DNA of 64,000 bases from an uncultured Planctomycetota bacterium (GCA_963849325.1 CAWKHF010000009.1:128001-192000), one strand, 5' to 3'. Counted from the stretch's first letter, positions 19,570-30,217 are shown. A program made the numbers and translations. Notes: generated from the sequence alone by a model not told the origin.

Positions 19570-19791
19570 ATGGGCCAGCAGAAGAAAGCCCGAGACGGGC
19601 CGGCGACGGGAGGGTCGTCCAAACCCCTGGATCCCGAAGCGGCGCAGCCGCCGGCTTCTCCGGGAACGGACCCAACTAATCCGCACAACCAGGAACCGAC
19701 GGGAGAGTGGGTCGCCGCCGAACGCGCCTCCGACCGCCGTAACAGCGAGCCGGGATTGACCGAGCACGACCGCCAACAGCGCAAATACTGA
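19570..19791 (+). CDS. Small hydrophilic hypothetical protein (73 aa)
   Basis: [14 protein letters not shown], upstream sigma54-like box, downstream hairpin; no recognisable domain. Confidence 0.6.
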   Translation: MGQQKKARDGPATGGSSKPLDPEAAQPPASPGTDPTNPHNQEPTGEWVAAERASDRRNSEPGLTEHDRQQRKY

Positions 19792-19798
19792 GGATCGA

Positions 19799-19886
19799 CC
19801 AAGCCGCGACTATCCGAGCCGCGACCGTCAGGGAGCGGGGCTTTCTCCGCTCCCTGACGGTCGCGGCTCGGACAGTCGCGGCTCGG
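19799..19886. repeat. Palindromic repeat family D (CCGAGCCGCGACCGTCAGGGAGCGG...CCGCTCCCTGACGGTCGCGGCTCGG) with duplicated outer arms
   Basis: Core hairpin 19813-19872 flanked by extra AGCCGCGAC / GTCGCGGCT copies. Confidence 0.85.
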
Positions 19887-19898
19887 AAGGGTCTGTTT

Positions 19899-19913
19899 CG
19901 GCATATGAATTGC
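19899..19913 (+). promoter_or_regulatory. sigma54 -24/-12 promoter
   Basis: CGGCAT-atgaa-TTGCT upstream of the response regulator. Confidence 0.75.
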
Positions 19914-20086
19914 TGAAGTTGAGCGGGTAAGTTATGCCGAAAAGGAAGACCCTAGCACGGAGGTTTGGCGACGAATCTGCAATGAAGCATCCCGGGAGAG
20001 TGGAGCCTCCCCAGTCGGATGGATCCTCCAGGAGTGGAGGTTTCGCTCGACTGACTCCTGATGATTGCCCGGAATGAGGTTCCTCC

Positions 20087-20467
20087 ATGAGCGTCTATCA
20101 AGCGGGCAGGAGCATTTTGCTTGTCGAAGATGACGAAATCGTTCGTCGTGCCATGCAGATGGTCCTGGAGTGGGAAGGTTATCCGGTCGATTGCGTGACC
20201 AACGGACAGGAAGCGCTCGATTTCCTCCGGGCCGGCCATCGCCCCTCGCTCATCCTGCTCGATGTGATGATGCCCGTGCTCGACGGCGAGCAATTTCGCC
20301 GGCAGCAGAAGCGCGACCCGGACCTCGCTTCCATTCCCGTCATCGTCGTTTCCGCCACCAGCCAGGCCGCGACCGTGGATGCGGTCTGCCACGTCCGCAA
20401 GCCATTCGAGGTCGAGGAGTTGTTGACCGCCATCCGCGAACATGGTCTTTCGCAGTCGGGAGCGTAA
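20087..20467 (+). CDS. Single-domain response regulator (REC only)
   Basis: ILLVEDD, LILLDVMMPVLDG, PVIVVSA, KPF; no output domain. Confidence 0.93.
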   Translation: MSVYQAGRSILLVEDDEIVRRAMQMVLEWEGYPVDCVTNGQEALDFLRAGHRPSLILLDVMMPVLDGEQFRRQQKRDPDLASIPVIVVSATSQAATVDAVCHVRKPFEVEELLTAIREHGLSQSGA

Positions 20468-20480
20468 GAGGCACGAACCG

Positions 20481-20543
20481 AATGTGGCGGCACGTTTGTA
20501 ACGTGCCGTACAATCCAACACGTTGAAAACGTGTTGCCACATT
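20481..20543. repeat. Palindromic element family E (AATGTGGCGGCACGTTT...AAACGTGTTGCCACATT)
   Basis: Long hairpin made of two internal CACGTT-N3-AACGTG palindromes, between convergent genes. Confidence 0.7.
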
Positions 20544-20581
20544 TTGGTAGAGCCTCTAAACGAAGAAAGACATTCCTTCGC

Positions 20582-22425
20582 TTACGCTCCCGGCTCCGAC
20601 TTCGCTCGCATGGACAAATCCTCGCTCAGGGAGGAGACGGCCTCTTCCGATGGCTGGGTCTGCCTCAGCCGCCATCTGCCGTCGCCGTACAATTCGAGCC
20701 ATTGGTCATGATAGGGCTGCAATCCCGTGGGGTCTCCGACGCTGACGTAGGTGATCGAGGAACGGACGAGCGCCTCATAGAGGTGCTGCAAGCGTGAAGA
20801 CCCCAAGGCCCAGGGTACGCCGTCCAGGAAGACGAAGCGCGGTTTGGCGAGCAGAAGCCGCGCCAGCGCCAGGGCGTGCTGGTCTCCCGCCGAGAGGTCG
20901 TTGCGCCAGTCCCATTCGCCGTCCAGTCCGCCCTCGTCCCGCGCCAGGTAATCCAGACCCACATCGCGCAGGGTGTCGCGCAATGTTTCGTCATCCGCTT
21001 CCTCGTCGTCAAGCCCGTAACGGAGCAGGTCGCGCAATCGTCCGGTGGCGGTGTACAGCCGCTGCGGCAGGAACACGACGTCGCCCGAAGGTGGGCAGAA
21101 GACCTTACCCTCGCCCTCGCCCCAGAGTCCGACCGTGGCGAGGCACAGCGCCGTCTTGCCGCAGCCAGATGGCCCGCTGACAAGCAGCCTGCGGCCTTCC
21201 GCAACTTCGAGGGTGAGGTCGCGGACGAGGACCCGCTTGTCCGCAGGCGTCCACAGCGTCAAACCTTCGTAAGCGATGCGGTGCTTGTCCTCGGCCGTCT
21301 CGATGCCGGGCGCGGCTTCTCGGGCTGTGCCGGTTCCTCGGCAGAGGGAGCCGCTGGCTCCGGTTCCCCACGGCCGGACGGCGGCGCCGACTCGGTCGCC
21401 TCCCACATGGAGCCGAGGCGGTTGACCACGGCGGCGAAGGTGGACATCTCCTGGAATTTCGTGACGATGAGCGAGAAAGCGCCGACCACCTGGCCGAACG
21501 CGACGGCGGCCTGCGGGATCGTTCCGAACTCGACGACGCCGCGGAAGTACAAGGGCGCCACCACCACGGCGGGGAGGATCTGAATCAGGTAGTTGTACTC
21601 CTTGGTGAAGAAGCCGACGTTGCGGGTGACGGCGATGATAGCGCGGAAATTCGCCACCAGCGCGTTCAGCCGATCGAGGAGGCGCGACTTCTCGTCACGG
21701 GGACCATCGCGGTCGGCGTCCGTCTGCCGGCGCTCGCGGACGCGGCCCAGAGCGAAGCGGAAGTCGGCCTCTTTCTGCAACTGGCGGTTGTTGAGCGGCA
21801 CCAGGCGGCGCCCCAGGAGAATCGTGCCCAGCGAGCCGGCGGCGGAGTAAAGCACGGCCGTCAGAACCAGCCAGGGCGTGATCGACCACAGCACGCCCAG
21901 GAACGCCAGCAAGGTCAGAATGCCGTTGAGGATCAGGACGATGAACGACAGGCTCGACGTGGTGAACGTCTTGACGTCCTCCTGGATGCGCTGGTCCGGG
22001 TTGTCGATGGACTGGTTGACGGTTCGCCGATGGTAGGCGCGGTGGGCCAGGTAACGGTCGAGCAGACGGCGCGTCAGCCACTCACGCCAGAATAGCCCCA
22101 GCCGTTGCTCGGTGAAATAGGAGAAGACCTCGCCGATCGTGGCGAGGGCAAATACGCCCGCCAGCACGCCGCCGAAAAGGTAAAAGCGAGCGCCATGCCG
22201 CTGCTCCAGCGCCGTCATGAAGTCGCGCATGACGTAGCTGTTGAAGAAGTTCAGGCCGGTGACCACCAGCAGCAGGACGACGAGGATAATGAGGGCGGCG
22301 ACCGCTTTCTTGCGGGCCTCGGACACAAAAAAGGGCCAGGCGATGGTGGCGAATCGCCGCCATAACGGATGTTTGAAGAGGCGCATGGGTCCTTGCCTAC
22401 CGCGGTCCTCCAAGGGCGTGGCCAC
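20582..22425 (-). CDS. ABCD/YddA-type fused ABC transporter (SbmA/BacA-like TMD + degenerate NBD); frameshift near 21300
   Basis: WREWLT, IDNPDQRIQEDV, EADFRFAL.RVRE; NBD GPSGCGKT, FLPQRLY, LSAGDQ, FLDGVP. Start could be ATG 22386. Confidence 0.82.
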
Positions 22426-22458
22426 AGCTTCACCGGGCGAGGGTCAGCGACCCGGACG

Positions 22459-22947
22459 TCACAGTCCGAGTGGAGGGACGGAGGCCTCTAGCCCGGCCGA
22501 GGGTTCCTGACGGCGGATGGGGATGCGCCGGCCCTTGGCCTCTTCCGGCAGCGGTAGATGCAGTTCGAGGATGCCATTGCGGTACGAAGCCTGCACCCGA
22601 TCCGGGTTGATGCCGTGCGGGACGCGAAGCGTCTCCTCATAATGGCTGTAGCGGTTGCCTTCCTCTCCTGTCCACCGGCGATCGGCCCGGATGGTCAGCA
22701 CCTCATCGTGAAGGGTCACGTCGAAGTCGTTGACCTCCCAGCCCGGCAGGGCCGCCTTGACCACCATCTCGGTATCGCGCGTATCCACGTCGAGCATACC
22801 GGACGGCATCGGACCCTGTGCGGATCGACCGCCGACCAAACGGTCGAACAGAGCACGGGCCTCGCGCCGCAGTTCGTCCAGGGGGTGAAACCCGCGCGCG
22901 GACAAATCGTAGCCGCGCGGATGCTTCCAGGGGATGAGGTTCATCAT
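22459..22947 (-). CDS. Hsp20/alpha-crystallin small heat-shock protein
   Basis: [25 protein letters not shown]...KGRRIPI. Confidence 0.88.
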   Translation of the reverse strand: MMNLIPWKHPRGYDLSARGFHPLDELRREARALFDRLVGGRSAQGPMPSGMLDVDTRDTEMVVKAALPGWEVNDFDVTLHDEVLTIRADRRWTGEEGNRYSHYEETLRVPHGINPDRVQASYRNGILELHLPLPEEAKGRRIPIRRQEPSAGLEASVPPLGL

Positions 22948-23043
22948 GGCGATCGCTCCGTTCTTGGGATTCGTCCACGCCGCTCCGAGGTCCGAAAAGG
23001 CAAAAATCGAGCCGACATCATCGGCCGGATGCAGAATCTAAAC

Positions 23044-23058
23044 GCAAACCCGATGCCA
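23044..23058 (-). promoter_or_regulatory. sigma54 -24/-12 promoter (hsp20-ABC unit)
   Basis: Minus strand TGGCAT-cgggt-TTGC; weaker divergent CGGCGC-gccgt-ATGC at 23071-23085 before fumC. Confidence 0.8.
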
Positions 23059-23120
23059 CAGCGAGGATAACGGCGCGCCGTATGCTCCCGAAACGGAACA
23101 GCGAACGGAGGACACTTCCC

Positions 23121-24593
23121 ATGACTCAGTCCCACGTCAAAACCTTCGAGAAGGAGCACACCCCACCAATCCTTGACCTCCCTGTCGGGACGGGACAGAC
23201 GGGCACGCGCATCGAGTCGGACTCGATGGGCGAGATCGCCGTACCGGCGGAACACTACTGGGGCGCCCAGACGCAGCGATCGCTGATCCACTTTTCCATC
23301 GGCGCCGATCGCATGCCGCTGCCGGTGTATCACGCCTACGGCTTCGTCAAGAAGGCGGCGGCGCAGACCAACGCCGACCTCGGCCGACTGCCGCGCTGGA
23401 AGGCCGACCTCATCGCGCGCGTCGCCGACGAAGTGATCGCCGGCCGGCTCGACGACGAATTTCCGCTATACGTTTGGCAGACCGGCTCCGGTACGCAGAC
23501 GAACATGAACGTCAACGAGGTCGTCGCCAACCGTGCGATCCAGCTCACCGGCGGCACGCTCGGCAGCAAACGGCCCATCCATCCCAACGACGACGTCAAC
23601 AAGAGCCAATCGTCCAACGACACCTTTCCGACGGCCATGCACGTTGCCGCCGCGCGGGAGATTCACCAGCGCTTGCTGCCTTCGGTCACGGCGCTGCGGG
23701 ACGCGATCGCGGCCAAATCGCGGCAGTTCGCCGACGTGGTCAAGATCGGCCGGACGCACCTGCAAGATGCGGTGCCGCTGACCGTCGGCCAGGAGTGGTC
23801 CGGCTACGTCGCCCAGCTCGACGACGCGCTGGCGCGAGTCCGGGACGTCTTGCCCGGACTCTATCGACTGGCGATGGGAGGCACGGCCGTCGGCACCGGG
23901 TTGAATGCTCCGGAAGGCTTCGCCGAGGCGGCGGCCGCTCGAATCGCCGAGTATACCGGCCTGCCGTTCGTGACGGCGCCGAACAAGTTCGCGGCCCTGG
24001 CCGCCACCGACGCCATCGTGGCCGTTCACGGCACCCTGCGCGGACTGGCGGCGGCGCTGATGAAATTCGCCAACGACGTCCGCTGGCTCGCCTCCGGTCC
24101 ACGCTGCGGACTGCACGAACTGGTCCTACCGGAGAACGAGCCGGGTTCGTCGATCATGCCCGGCAAGGTCAACCCCACGCAGGCCGAGGCGATGCTGATG
24201 ATCTGCATTCAGGTGATGGGACTGGACGCCGCCGTCGGCTTCGCCGGCGCGATGGGAAACTTTGAACTGCACACCTTCCGTCCTCTCCTGATTCACAACA
24301 CGCTGCACAGCATCCGCCTGCTCGCCGATGTGTGCGAAACATTCCGCCGGCATTGCGCGGAGGGAATCCAGCTCGACCAGGAGCGTATCCACGAGATGGT
24401 GGGCCGCTCCCTCATGCTTGTCACCGCACTGAGTCCGATCCTCGGCTACGATGGCGCCGCGGCCATCGCCCACCAGGCGCACGTGGAAAACAAGACACTG
24501 CGTGAGGTAGCGGTCGTCGGCGGTCATATCTCGGCCGAGGAGTTCGACCGCCTCGTCGATCCGTCCCGGATGACCAGCCCCCCGGCGCCATAA
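23121..24593 (+). CDS. fumC: Class II fumarate hydratase
   Basis: [70 protein letters not shown]. Confidence 0.96.
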   Translation: MTQSHVKTFEKEHTPPILDLPVGTGQTGTRIESDSMGEIAVPAEHYWGAQTQRSLIHFSIGADRMPLPVYHAYGFVKKAAAQTNADLGRLPRWKADLIARVADEVIAGRLDDEFPLYVWQTGSGTQTNMNVNEVVANRAIQLTGGTLGSKRPIHPNDDVNKSQSSNDTFPTAMHVAAAREIHQRLLPSVTALRDAIAAKSRQFADVVKIGRTHLQDAVPLTVGQEWSGYVAQLDDALARVRDVLPGLYRLAMGGTAVGTGLNAPEGFAEAAAARIAEYTGLPFVTAPNKFAALAATDAIVAVHGTLRGLAAALMKFANDVRWLASGPRCGLHELVLPENEPGSSIMPGKVNPTQAEAMLMICIQVMGLDAAVGFAGAMGNFELHTFRPLLIHNTLHSIRLLADVCETFRRHCAEGIQLDQERIHEMVGRSLMLVTALSPILGYDGAAAIAHQAHVENKTLREVAVVGGHISAEEFDRLVDPSRMTSPPAP

Positions 24594-24674
24594 CCGTAAG
24601 TTTGTTTAGCCGCGACGCGCAGCGGAGCGCGGCTGCCGCGCTCCGCTGCGCGTCGCGGCTAAACAAACTTACGG
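24594..24674. repeat. Palindromic repeat family A, perfect 39-bp stem
   Basis: CCGTAAGTTTGTTTAGCCGCGACGCGCAGCGGAGCGCGG-ctg-exact reverse complement; spans from the fumC stop into the SDR stop. Confidence 0.95.
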
Positions 24675-25700
24675 GCGTGAGGGCAATCCCATCTCGTTGT
24701 TCTCGCGGGCGGCTCGCTCGGTTCGGGCGGTGAGCCACGAAGGCGCGGCCGGCGATTCGCTCTCCCAGCCATAGGCGGGTGCGCTGCCGATGCCGCCCGG
24801 TCCCGGCAGCAATCGATTCACCCAGCCGCACAGGTCGGAGACCAGACCCGGAGCGATGCCGTGCAGAAGCACCCCCAGCTTCGCCGGCAACGACAGGACG
24901 ACCTCCGCCTTGCCATGCCGGCAGGCATCGAGGATGTCCCGGGCGGCGCGCTCGGCGCTGATGGAGAAGATCGGCAACGAATCGGAGAGAGTGAACCAGG
25001 CGTACTCCGCCCGATGTTGTCCCTTGAACGTGGCGTTGCGCGGACTGCCGGTGCGCATCAAGCCGGGGCAGACGGTGGTGACGACGATGCCGTCCTTGGC
25101 CAACTCCGCTCGCAAGCCCTCCGACAGTCCCACCAACGCGAATTTGCTGCCACTGTAGGGCAGCAGGTGAGGCACGCTGATCTTGCCGCCGATGGAAGTG
25201 ATGTTGACGATGCGGCCAGCGCGGCGCTGGCGCATCTCCGGCAGCACTTCGAGGATCGTATGCACCGCCGCGAAATAGTTAATCGCCATGGCATCATAGA
25301 AGTCTTCTCGCGTCATCGTCTCGACGGGTCCGACGCCGATGATGCCGGCATTGTTGATGAGCACGTCGATGGCGCCGAAATGCCGGCGCACCTCGTCCAC
25401 GAACGCGCCGACCTGATCGCGGTAACGCAGGTCGCAGGTCTGGGCCACCACCTGAGCACCGCGGTCGGTGAGATCCTCGCGGGCGCGGCGAACCTCCTCG
25501 GGGTCGCGGGCACACACCGCCAGTTTGGCTCCCTCGTGCGCCAACTGGCGGGCCAGGACCAAGCCCAGACCCCGCGTACCGCCGGTGAGCAACACCGTCT
25601 TGTCGCAAAAACAGTAGGCCGTACGCGCCTGGTACACACGGTAGGCGAGCCACGAGGCCAGGCCCGCCCCGGCCAACAGCATCGCTTTCTGTTTATTCAT
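24669..25700 (-). CDS. SDR family oxidoreductase with N-terminal anchor
   Basis: TGGTRGLG, LINNAG, ITSIGG, Y.GSK (YSGSKF), PGLMRTGS. Confidence 0.9.
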   Translation of the reverse strand: MNKQKAMLLAGAGLASWLAYRVYQARTAYCFCDKTVLLTGGTRGLGLVLARQLAHEGAKLAVCARDPEEVRRAREDLTDRGAQVVAQTCDLRYRDQVGAFVDEVRRHFGAIDVLINNAGIIGVGPVETMTREDFYDAMAINYFAAVHTILEVLPEMRQRRAGRIVNITSIGGKISVPHLLPYSGSKFALVGLSEGLRAELAKDGIVVTTVCPGLMRTGSPRNATFKGQHRAEYAWFTLSDSLPIFSISAERAARDILDACRHGKAEVVLSLPAKLGVLLHGIAPGLVSDLCGWVNRLLPGPGGIGSAPAYGWESESPAAPSWLTARTERAARENNEMGLPSRP

Positions 25701-25724
25701 GACACAACCTCTCCGTCAAAGACG

Positions 25725-26867
25725 TCACGAACCTCCCGAAGGCGATTCGGCGTGAACCAGATCGGGCTTCTTGATCGGCGGGCGCTGAATCTCCTGGTCC
25801 GGCGCCGGTCGCCGCTCGCGCTCGAACGGCCCCAGTCGCACCGGCTGGCCCGACTGGGCCGACTGGTACAGGGCACGGATGACGCGGACATCGGCCAAAC
25901 CCTCCTGGCCCGACGGCTCCGGAGCTTCGCCCTTCAAAACGCAGTTGGAGAAGTAGAGTAGCTGCGGCCCGAACTGATCGCGCTTCGAGAAGGCCGTCTC
26001 CTTCGTCTTGCCATCCATCGTCAAATAATGCTTGAGTTCGCCGACGAAATCGTAAGCCGGGTCGAGCCGCAGGTCGCCCTTGCTGCCGACCACGCGATAA
26101 GCGGATACCGATGCGGTGCTGAAACTACACGTGAACGCCGCCACCCGATCGCCGGGGAAACGCAGGATAGCGCTGGCCATCTCCTCGACCTCCCGGAACC
26201 GTTCCTCGCCGTTATTGGCGCAGACGGCGAAGACTTCGCTCGGCTCGGCCCGGAAGAGGTAGCGAGCGGCGTTGATGCAGTAAATGCCGATGTCGTAGAG
26301 AGTGCCGCCTCCGGTCTCCTTCCGCAGCCGGATGTCGCCCGGCTTCACCTCTTGCGTGAACGTGGAATTGAAAAGGCGAACGTCTCCCAGCTGGCCCGAC
26401 TGCACGAATTCAATGGCCTTCAAGTTCGCCTCCTCGAAATGGAGACGGTAGGCAACCATCAACTTCACCTCGTTGTCCTTGGCCTCGGCGATCATGACCT
26501 CGCAGTCTTCCTCGGTCAGGGCCATCGGCTTTTCGCAGAGGATGTGAACACCGGCTCGCGCCGCTCGCACCGTGTAGTCGCGGTGCATGCTGTTAGGCAA
26601 ACCGATGTAGACGGCGTCCACCTCGCCGTTGTTCAGGCAGTCCTCGTACTGCTCATACGAATAGAGGCGTTTCACACCGTACTGCCGGCCGAGTTCCTTG
26701 AGCTTGTCGGCATCGCTGGAGACGAGAGCGGTCAGTTCCGAGTTTTCTTTCGCATTGGCGAAAGCCGGGAGAAGGGCCACCTGCGAGATGTAACCGAGGC
26801 CGACCACGGCGTAACGGACCTTGCCGTTGGCTCCCTGGCGCGTGCGTTGCCTGTTCGCGTTTTTCAT
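25725..26867 (-). CDS. Gfo/Idh/MocA (glucose-fructose oxidoreductase-like) protein
   Basis: YAVVGLGYI, DAVYIGLPN.MH, HILCEKPMA, GGG.LYDIGIY. Confidence 0.92.
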   Translation of the reverse strand: MKNANRQRTRQGANGKVRYAVVGLGYISQVALLPAFANAKENSELTALVSSDADKLKELGRQYGVKRLYSYEQYEDCLNNGEVDAVYIGLPNSMHRDYTVRAARAGVHILCEKPMALTEEDCEVMIAEAKDNEVKLMVAYRLHFEEANLKAIEFVQSGQLGDVRLFNSTFTQEVKPGDIRLRKETGGGTLYDIGIYCINAARYLFRAEPSEVFAVCANNGEERFREVEEMASAILRFPGDRVAAFTCSFSTASVSAYRVVGSKGDLRLDPAYDFVGELKHYLTMDGKTKETAFSKRDQFGPQLLYFSNCVLKGEAPEPSGQEGLADVRVIRALYQSAQSGQPVRLGPFERERRPAPDQEIQRPPIKKPDLVHAESPSGGS

Positions 26868-26942
26868 GGGAGATTTCTCGTGAGGGTTGCGACAAAGCCG
26901 ATCGCGGTTGCGACCCGCGACGGCATGTTCTCCTTATTCCGT

Positions 26943-26957
26943 GCAATGCCGATGCCA
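26943..26957 (-). promoter_or_regulatory. sigma54 -24/-12 promoter
   Basis: Minus strand TGGCAT-cggca-TTGCA upstream of the Gfo gene. Confidence 0.82.
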
Positions 26958-27170
26958 CGAGCTCTCTTCGTGCCCGATGAAAATGCTGGGCTTTTTTCGG
27001 ACTGCAAGGCGGGAAGGAAACGCGAACTTTGAGGAAGAGTGGTACGCAATGGAGCGCAGCGGGGTGCGCTGGCGTCTTGAAGCTCTATGTCGCCGAGGCA
27101 TCCCGTTTCCCATCGTCCACGCGGGGTCGCAGGCTTGCGAACCGCCGCGAAACACTTGAGGACGGCACTA

Positions 27171-27185
27171 TGGCATCTCAATTGC
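27171..27185 (+). promoter_or_regulatory. sigma54 -24/-12 promoter
   Basis: TGGCAT-ctcaa-TTGCT upstream of the SDR gene. Confidence 0.82.
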
Positions 27186-27244
27186 TGAGTTACTGGTAAG
27201 GCTGACCCTCAACGCCCACGGAACCGCAAGCGATAGGATTGTCC

Positions 27245-28330
27245 ATGAAGAAACCGGAAATCGTCGTCATCACCGGGGCATCGGCCGGTGTGGGCCGCGC
27301 CGCCGTGCAGGCCTTCGCTCGGCGAGGGGCACACATCGGATTGCTGGCTCGCGGTAAGGACGGCCTGGAAGGAGCGCGGCGCGACGCGGAACGGTTGGGC
27401 GGCAAGGGGCTGGTTTTGCCGACCGATGTGTCCGACGCCGAACAAGTCGAGCGCGCGGCCAGCGCCGTCGAAGACAAGCTCGGACCCATTGATATTTGGG
27501 TCAACAACGCCATGGTGTCCGTCTTCTCTCCCGTCAAGGAGATGACGCCCGCGGACTACCGGCGCGTGACGGAAGTAACCTATCTCGGCTTCATCCACGG
27601 CACCCTGTCGGCGCTGCGGCGTATGTTGCCACGCGATCGCGGCATCATCGTGCAAGTCGGTTCGGCGCTGGCCTATCGCGGCATTCCCTTGCAGTCGGCC
27701 TACTGCGGCGCCAAGCACGCCATCCAGGGCTTCACCGAGTCGCTGCGTTGCGAACTGCTCTACGATAAGAGCAACGTCAAGGTAACGATGTTGCAGATGC
27801 CGGGCATGAACACGCCGCAATTCGATTGGGTCAAGAACCGTCTGCCGAAGAAGCCGCAGCCAGTGCCGCCGGTTTATCAACCCGACGTAGCCGCCGAGGC
27901 CATCTACCACGCGGCCCATCATTACCGCCGCGAGTGGTACGTCGGCGGCTCCACCGCCACTGTCGTCGTCGGCAACAAGATGGCCCCCGCACTGGGTGAC
28001 TGGTATCTGGGTAAAACCGGCATCGACTCGCAGCAGACCGACGAGCCAGCGGACCCTAATGCCCCGAACAACCTCTACGACCCGTTGCCGGGCGATCACG
28101 GCGCGCATGGCCGATTCGATCGCATCGCCCACGACTTCAGCTTCCAGTTGTGGGCGGACCAGCATCGCGGCTTGCTGGCCGTGGGCGGACTTCTCGGTCT
28201 GGTGGGCGGACTGCTTCTCTGGAAACGCGGCAGTCGAGCCTCTCGCGGCGACGGTATGGTTCCTGGAGGCGCTCAGACATCCGGTCACATGGAACGCCAC
28301 GAGCGTATTCCGATGGCGACGAAACCGTAG
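27245..28330 (+). CDS. SDR family oxidoreductase
   Basis: ITGASAGVGRA, WVNNA, QVGSALAYR, YCGAK, NTPQF.W. Confidence 0.92.
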   Translation: MKKPEIVVITGASAGVGRAAVQAFARRGAHIGLLARGKDGLEGARRDAERLGGKGLVLPTDVSDAEQVERAASAVEDKLGPIDIWVNNAMVSVFSPVKEMTPADYRRVTEVTYLGFIHGTLSALRRMLPRDRGIIVQVGSALAYRGIPLQSAYCGAKHAIQGFTESLRCELLYDKSNVKVTMLQMPGMNTPQFDWVKNRLPKKPQPVPPVYQPDVAAEAIYHAAHHYRREWYVGGSTATVVVGNKMAPALGDWYLGKTGIDSQQTDEPADPNAPNNLYDPLPGDHGAHGRFDRIAHDFSFQLWADQHRGLLAVGGLLGLVGGLLLWKRGSRASRGDGMVPGGAQTSGHMERHERIPMATKP

Positions 28331-28347
28331 CGGCTCGGAGGGAACTC

Positions 28348-28785
28348 ATGAAAACGCAGCTGCTTCACGAACAGGGGGGCGAGAAGACCTTCGTACTGAT
28401 CTTCGCCGCCGGCGATGAGGCAATCGCAGGGTTGACGACGTTCGCCAAGGAGAAAGGGCTGTCCGCCAGCCACTTCACGGCCATCGGCGGTTTTCAGGAA
28501 GCGACGCTGGGTTATTTCAACCTCGACAAGAAGGACTACGACAAGATTCCCGTGCGCGAGCAGGTCGAAGTACTGTCGCTGATCGGCGATGTCACGCAAA
28601 CCGAGAAGGGGGAGCCGAAGATCCATGCCCATGTGGTCCTCGGTCGTTCCGACGGCTCGACGCGCGGCGGCCATCTGGTCGAGGCGCGCGTGCGGCCGAC
28701 GCTGGAAGTGATGCTCGTCGAGTCGCCGCGCCACCTGCGACGGAAGCACGATCCGCAGAGTGGACTGGCCCTCATCCAACTGTAA
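28348..28785 (+). CDS. PPC/DUF296 domain protein
   Basis: GGAGG RBS; FTAIGG, EVLSLIGDV, HAHVVLG..DG..RGGHL, VRPTLEV. Confidence 0.9.
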   Translation: MKTQLLHEQGGEKTFVLIFAAGDEAIAGLTTFAKEKGLSASHFTAIGGFQEATLGYFNLDKKDYDKIPVREQVEVLSLIGDVTQTEKGEPKIHAHVVLGRSDGSTRGGHLVEARVRPTLEVMLVESPRHLRRKHDPQSGLALIQL

Positions 28786-28808
28786 GGGCGCGTCCACCAA
28801 TAACTTCA

Positions 28809-28870
28809 TTTAGCCGCGACGCGCAGCGGAGCGCGTCGGCCCCGCGCTCTGCTGCGCGTCCCGGCTAAAC
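28809..28870. repeat. Palindromic repeat family A
   Basis: TTTAGCCGCGACGCGCAGCGGAGCGCG...CGCGCTCTGCTGCGCGTCCCGGCTAAAC. Confidence 0.9.
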
Positions 28871-28952
28871 TTGGAACTTGTTGTTGGACGGCTCCTAAAA
28901 GTCCATTCCACCATCCGCTTGCGGCTGAGTGTTCGTTGCTGTCCTTCTGGGG

Positions 28953-30159
28953 ATGGATAACATGCCGGTTGATCCCGAGCGGAGAGCATGGATTCAGGAG
29001 CAGCTGACCAGGGCGGACATGGATGCCTTCGTCTGCGCCCTACCGGCGCATGTCCTGCTGCTGAGCGGTTACTGGCCGGTTGTTGGCACGAGCCTCGCCA
29101 TCGTGGTGCGCGGCGGGCCAACGGCGTTGCTGGTGCCGGAGGACGAGCAGGAGTTGGCCCAGCATGGCGGGGCCGATCAGGTCCATACGTACAAGCCGGC
29201 CCCGCTGGATTCGTTGGCGACGCTGATCGAGGCGCAGTCGCCGCCGCTGGCGAAGCTGGCCCACAAGCTTGGACTGCGACGCAAGCGGATCGGCTACGAG
29301 CACGGCGGCTGGTACGAGGCGTCTTCCTACGCGGCGATGCACCTGTATCGTTCGAGCATAGCTGAGATGCTCGAACGGACGTTCGACCATCCCCATCTAA
29401 TCGACGCCGACGATCGTCTGGTTCATCTTCGTACACTCAAGACGCCGCAGGAGTTGGAGCGCCTTCGCCTGGCCTGCCGAATCGCGGCCGAGGCGTTCGA
29501 GGAAGGGCATCGACAAATGCGGATCGGGATGAAGGAGACGGAGGCAGCCGAGCTGTTTCGCGCTCCGCTGGCCGTACACGGTGTCGGGCGTGACGGCGTG
29601 GAGCGGGCTGGCGGCTTTACGTTCTGCATGTCGGGACCGAATTCGGCGAACGCTTCTGGCGCCTTCGCTCGCTCTCGCGCTCGTCGTCTGGCCGAGAACG
29701 ATCTGGTGCTCGTCCACTGTAATTCCTATGCGGACGGTTACTGGACCGACATCACGCGCACCTACTGCCTGGGCGAGCCGGACGAGAAGCAGCGTACCTT
29801 GTACGACGCCATCGCCGCCGCTCATCGCGCGGCCCGGCAAGTGATCCGCCCCGGCGCCCGTGCCGCCGACGTAGACCGAGCAGCGCGCGACGTTCCTCAA
29901 GCAACGTGGTCTCGGCGAAGCGTTCAAGCACTCCACCGGCCACGGCATTGGCTTCGCCGCCATCAATCATCTGGCTCGGCCGCGCTTGCACCCCCAATCG
30001 CCTGACGTCCTCGAAACCGGCATGGTCTTCAATGTCGAGCCAGCCGTTTACCTCGAAGGTTATGGCGGCATCCGCCACTGTAATATGATCGCCCTGACGG
30101 CCAACGGAGTAGAAGAACTCACGCCGTTTCAGGACATCGACGCACGACTAGCCTACTAG
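28953..30159 (+). CDS. M24 family (Xaa-Pro peptidase/creatinase-like) protein; frameshift near 29895
   Basis: R..KT..E, GYWTDITRT, H.TGHGIG, L..GMVFNVEPAVY..G.GGIRH. Confidence 0.85.
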
Positions 30160-30208
30160 CCCGGAGCGCCAGCGACGGGCAGGTAAACCGTCGCTGGCGC
30201 TCCGGGCT
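30158..30208. repeat. Palindromic element family F (AGCCCGGAGCGCCAGCGACGG...CCGTCGCTGGCGCTCCGGGCT)
   Basis: Perfect 21-bp stem overlapping the TAG of the peptidase gene. Confidence 0.85.
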
Positions 30209-30217
30209 TGTGGTATC

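Noticed and set aside
20481-20543. CGGCAC-containing sequence as a sigma54 promoter or operator
   Set aside because: No TTGC at the correct spacing, it lies between convergent 3' ends, and it is better explained as a palindromic repeat.
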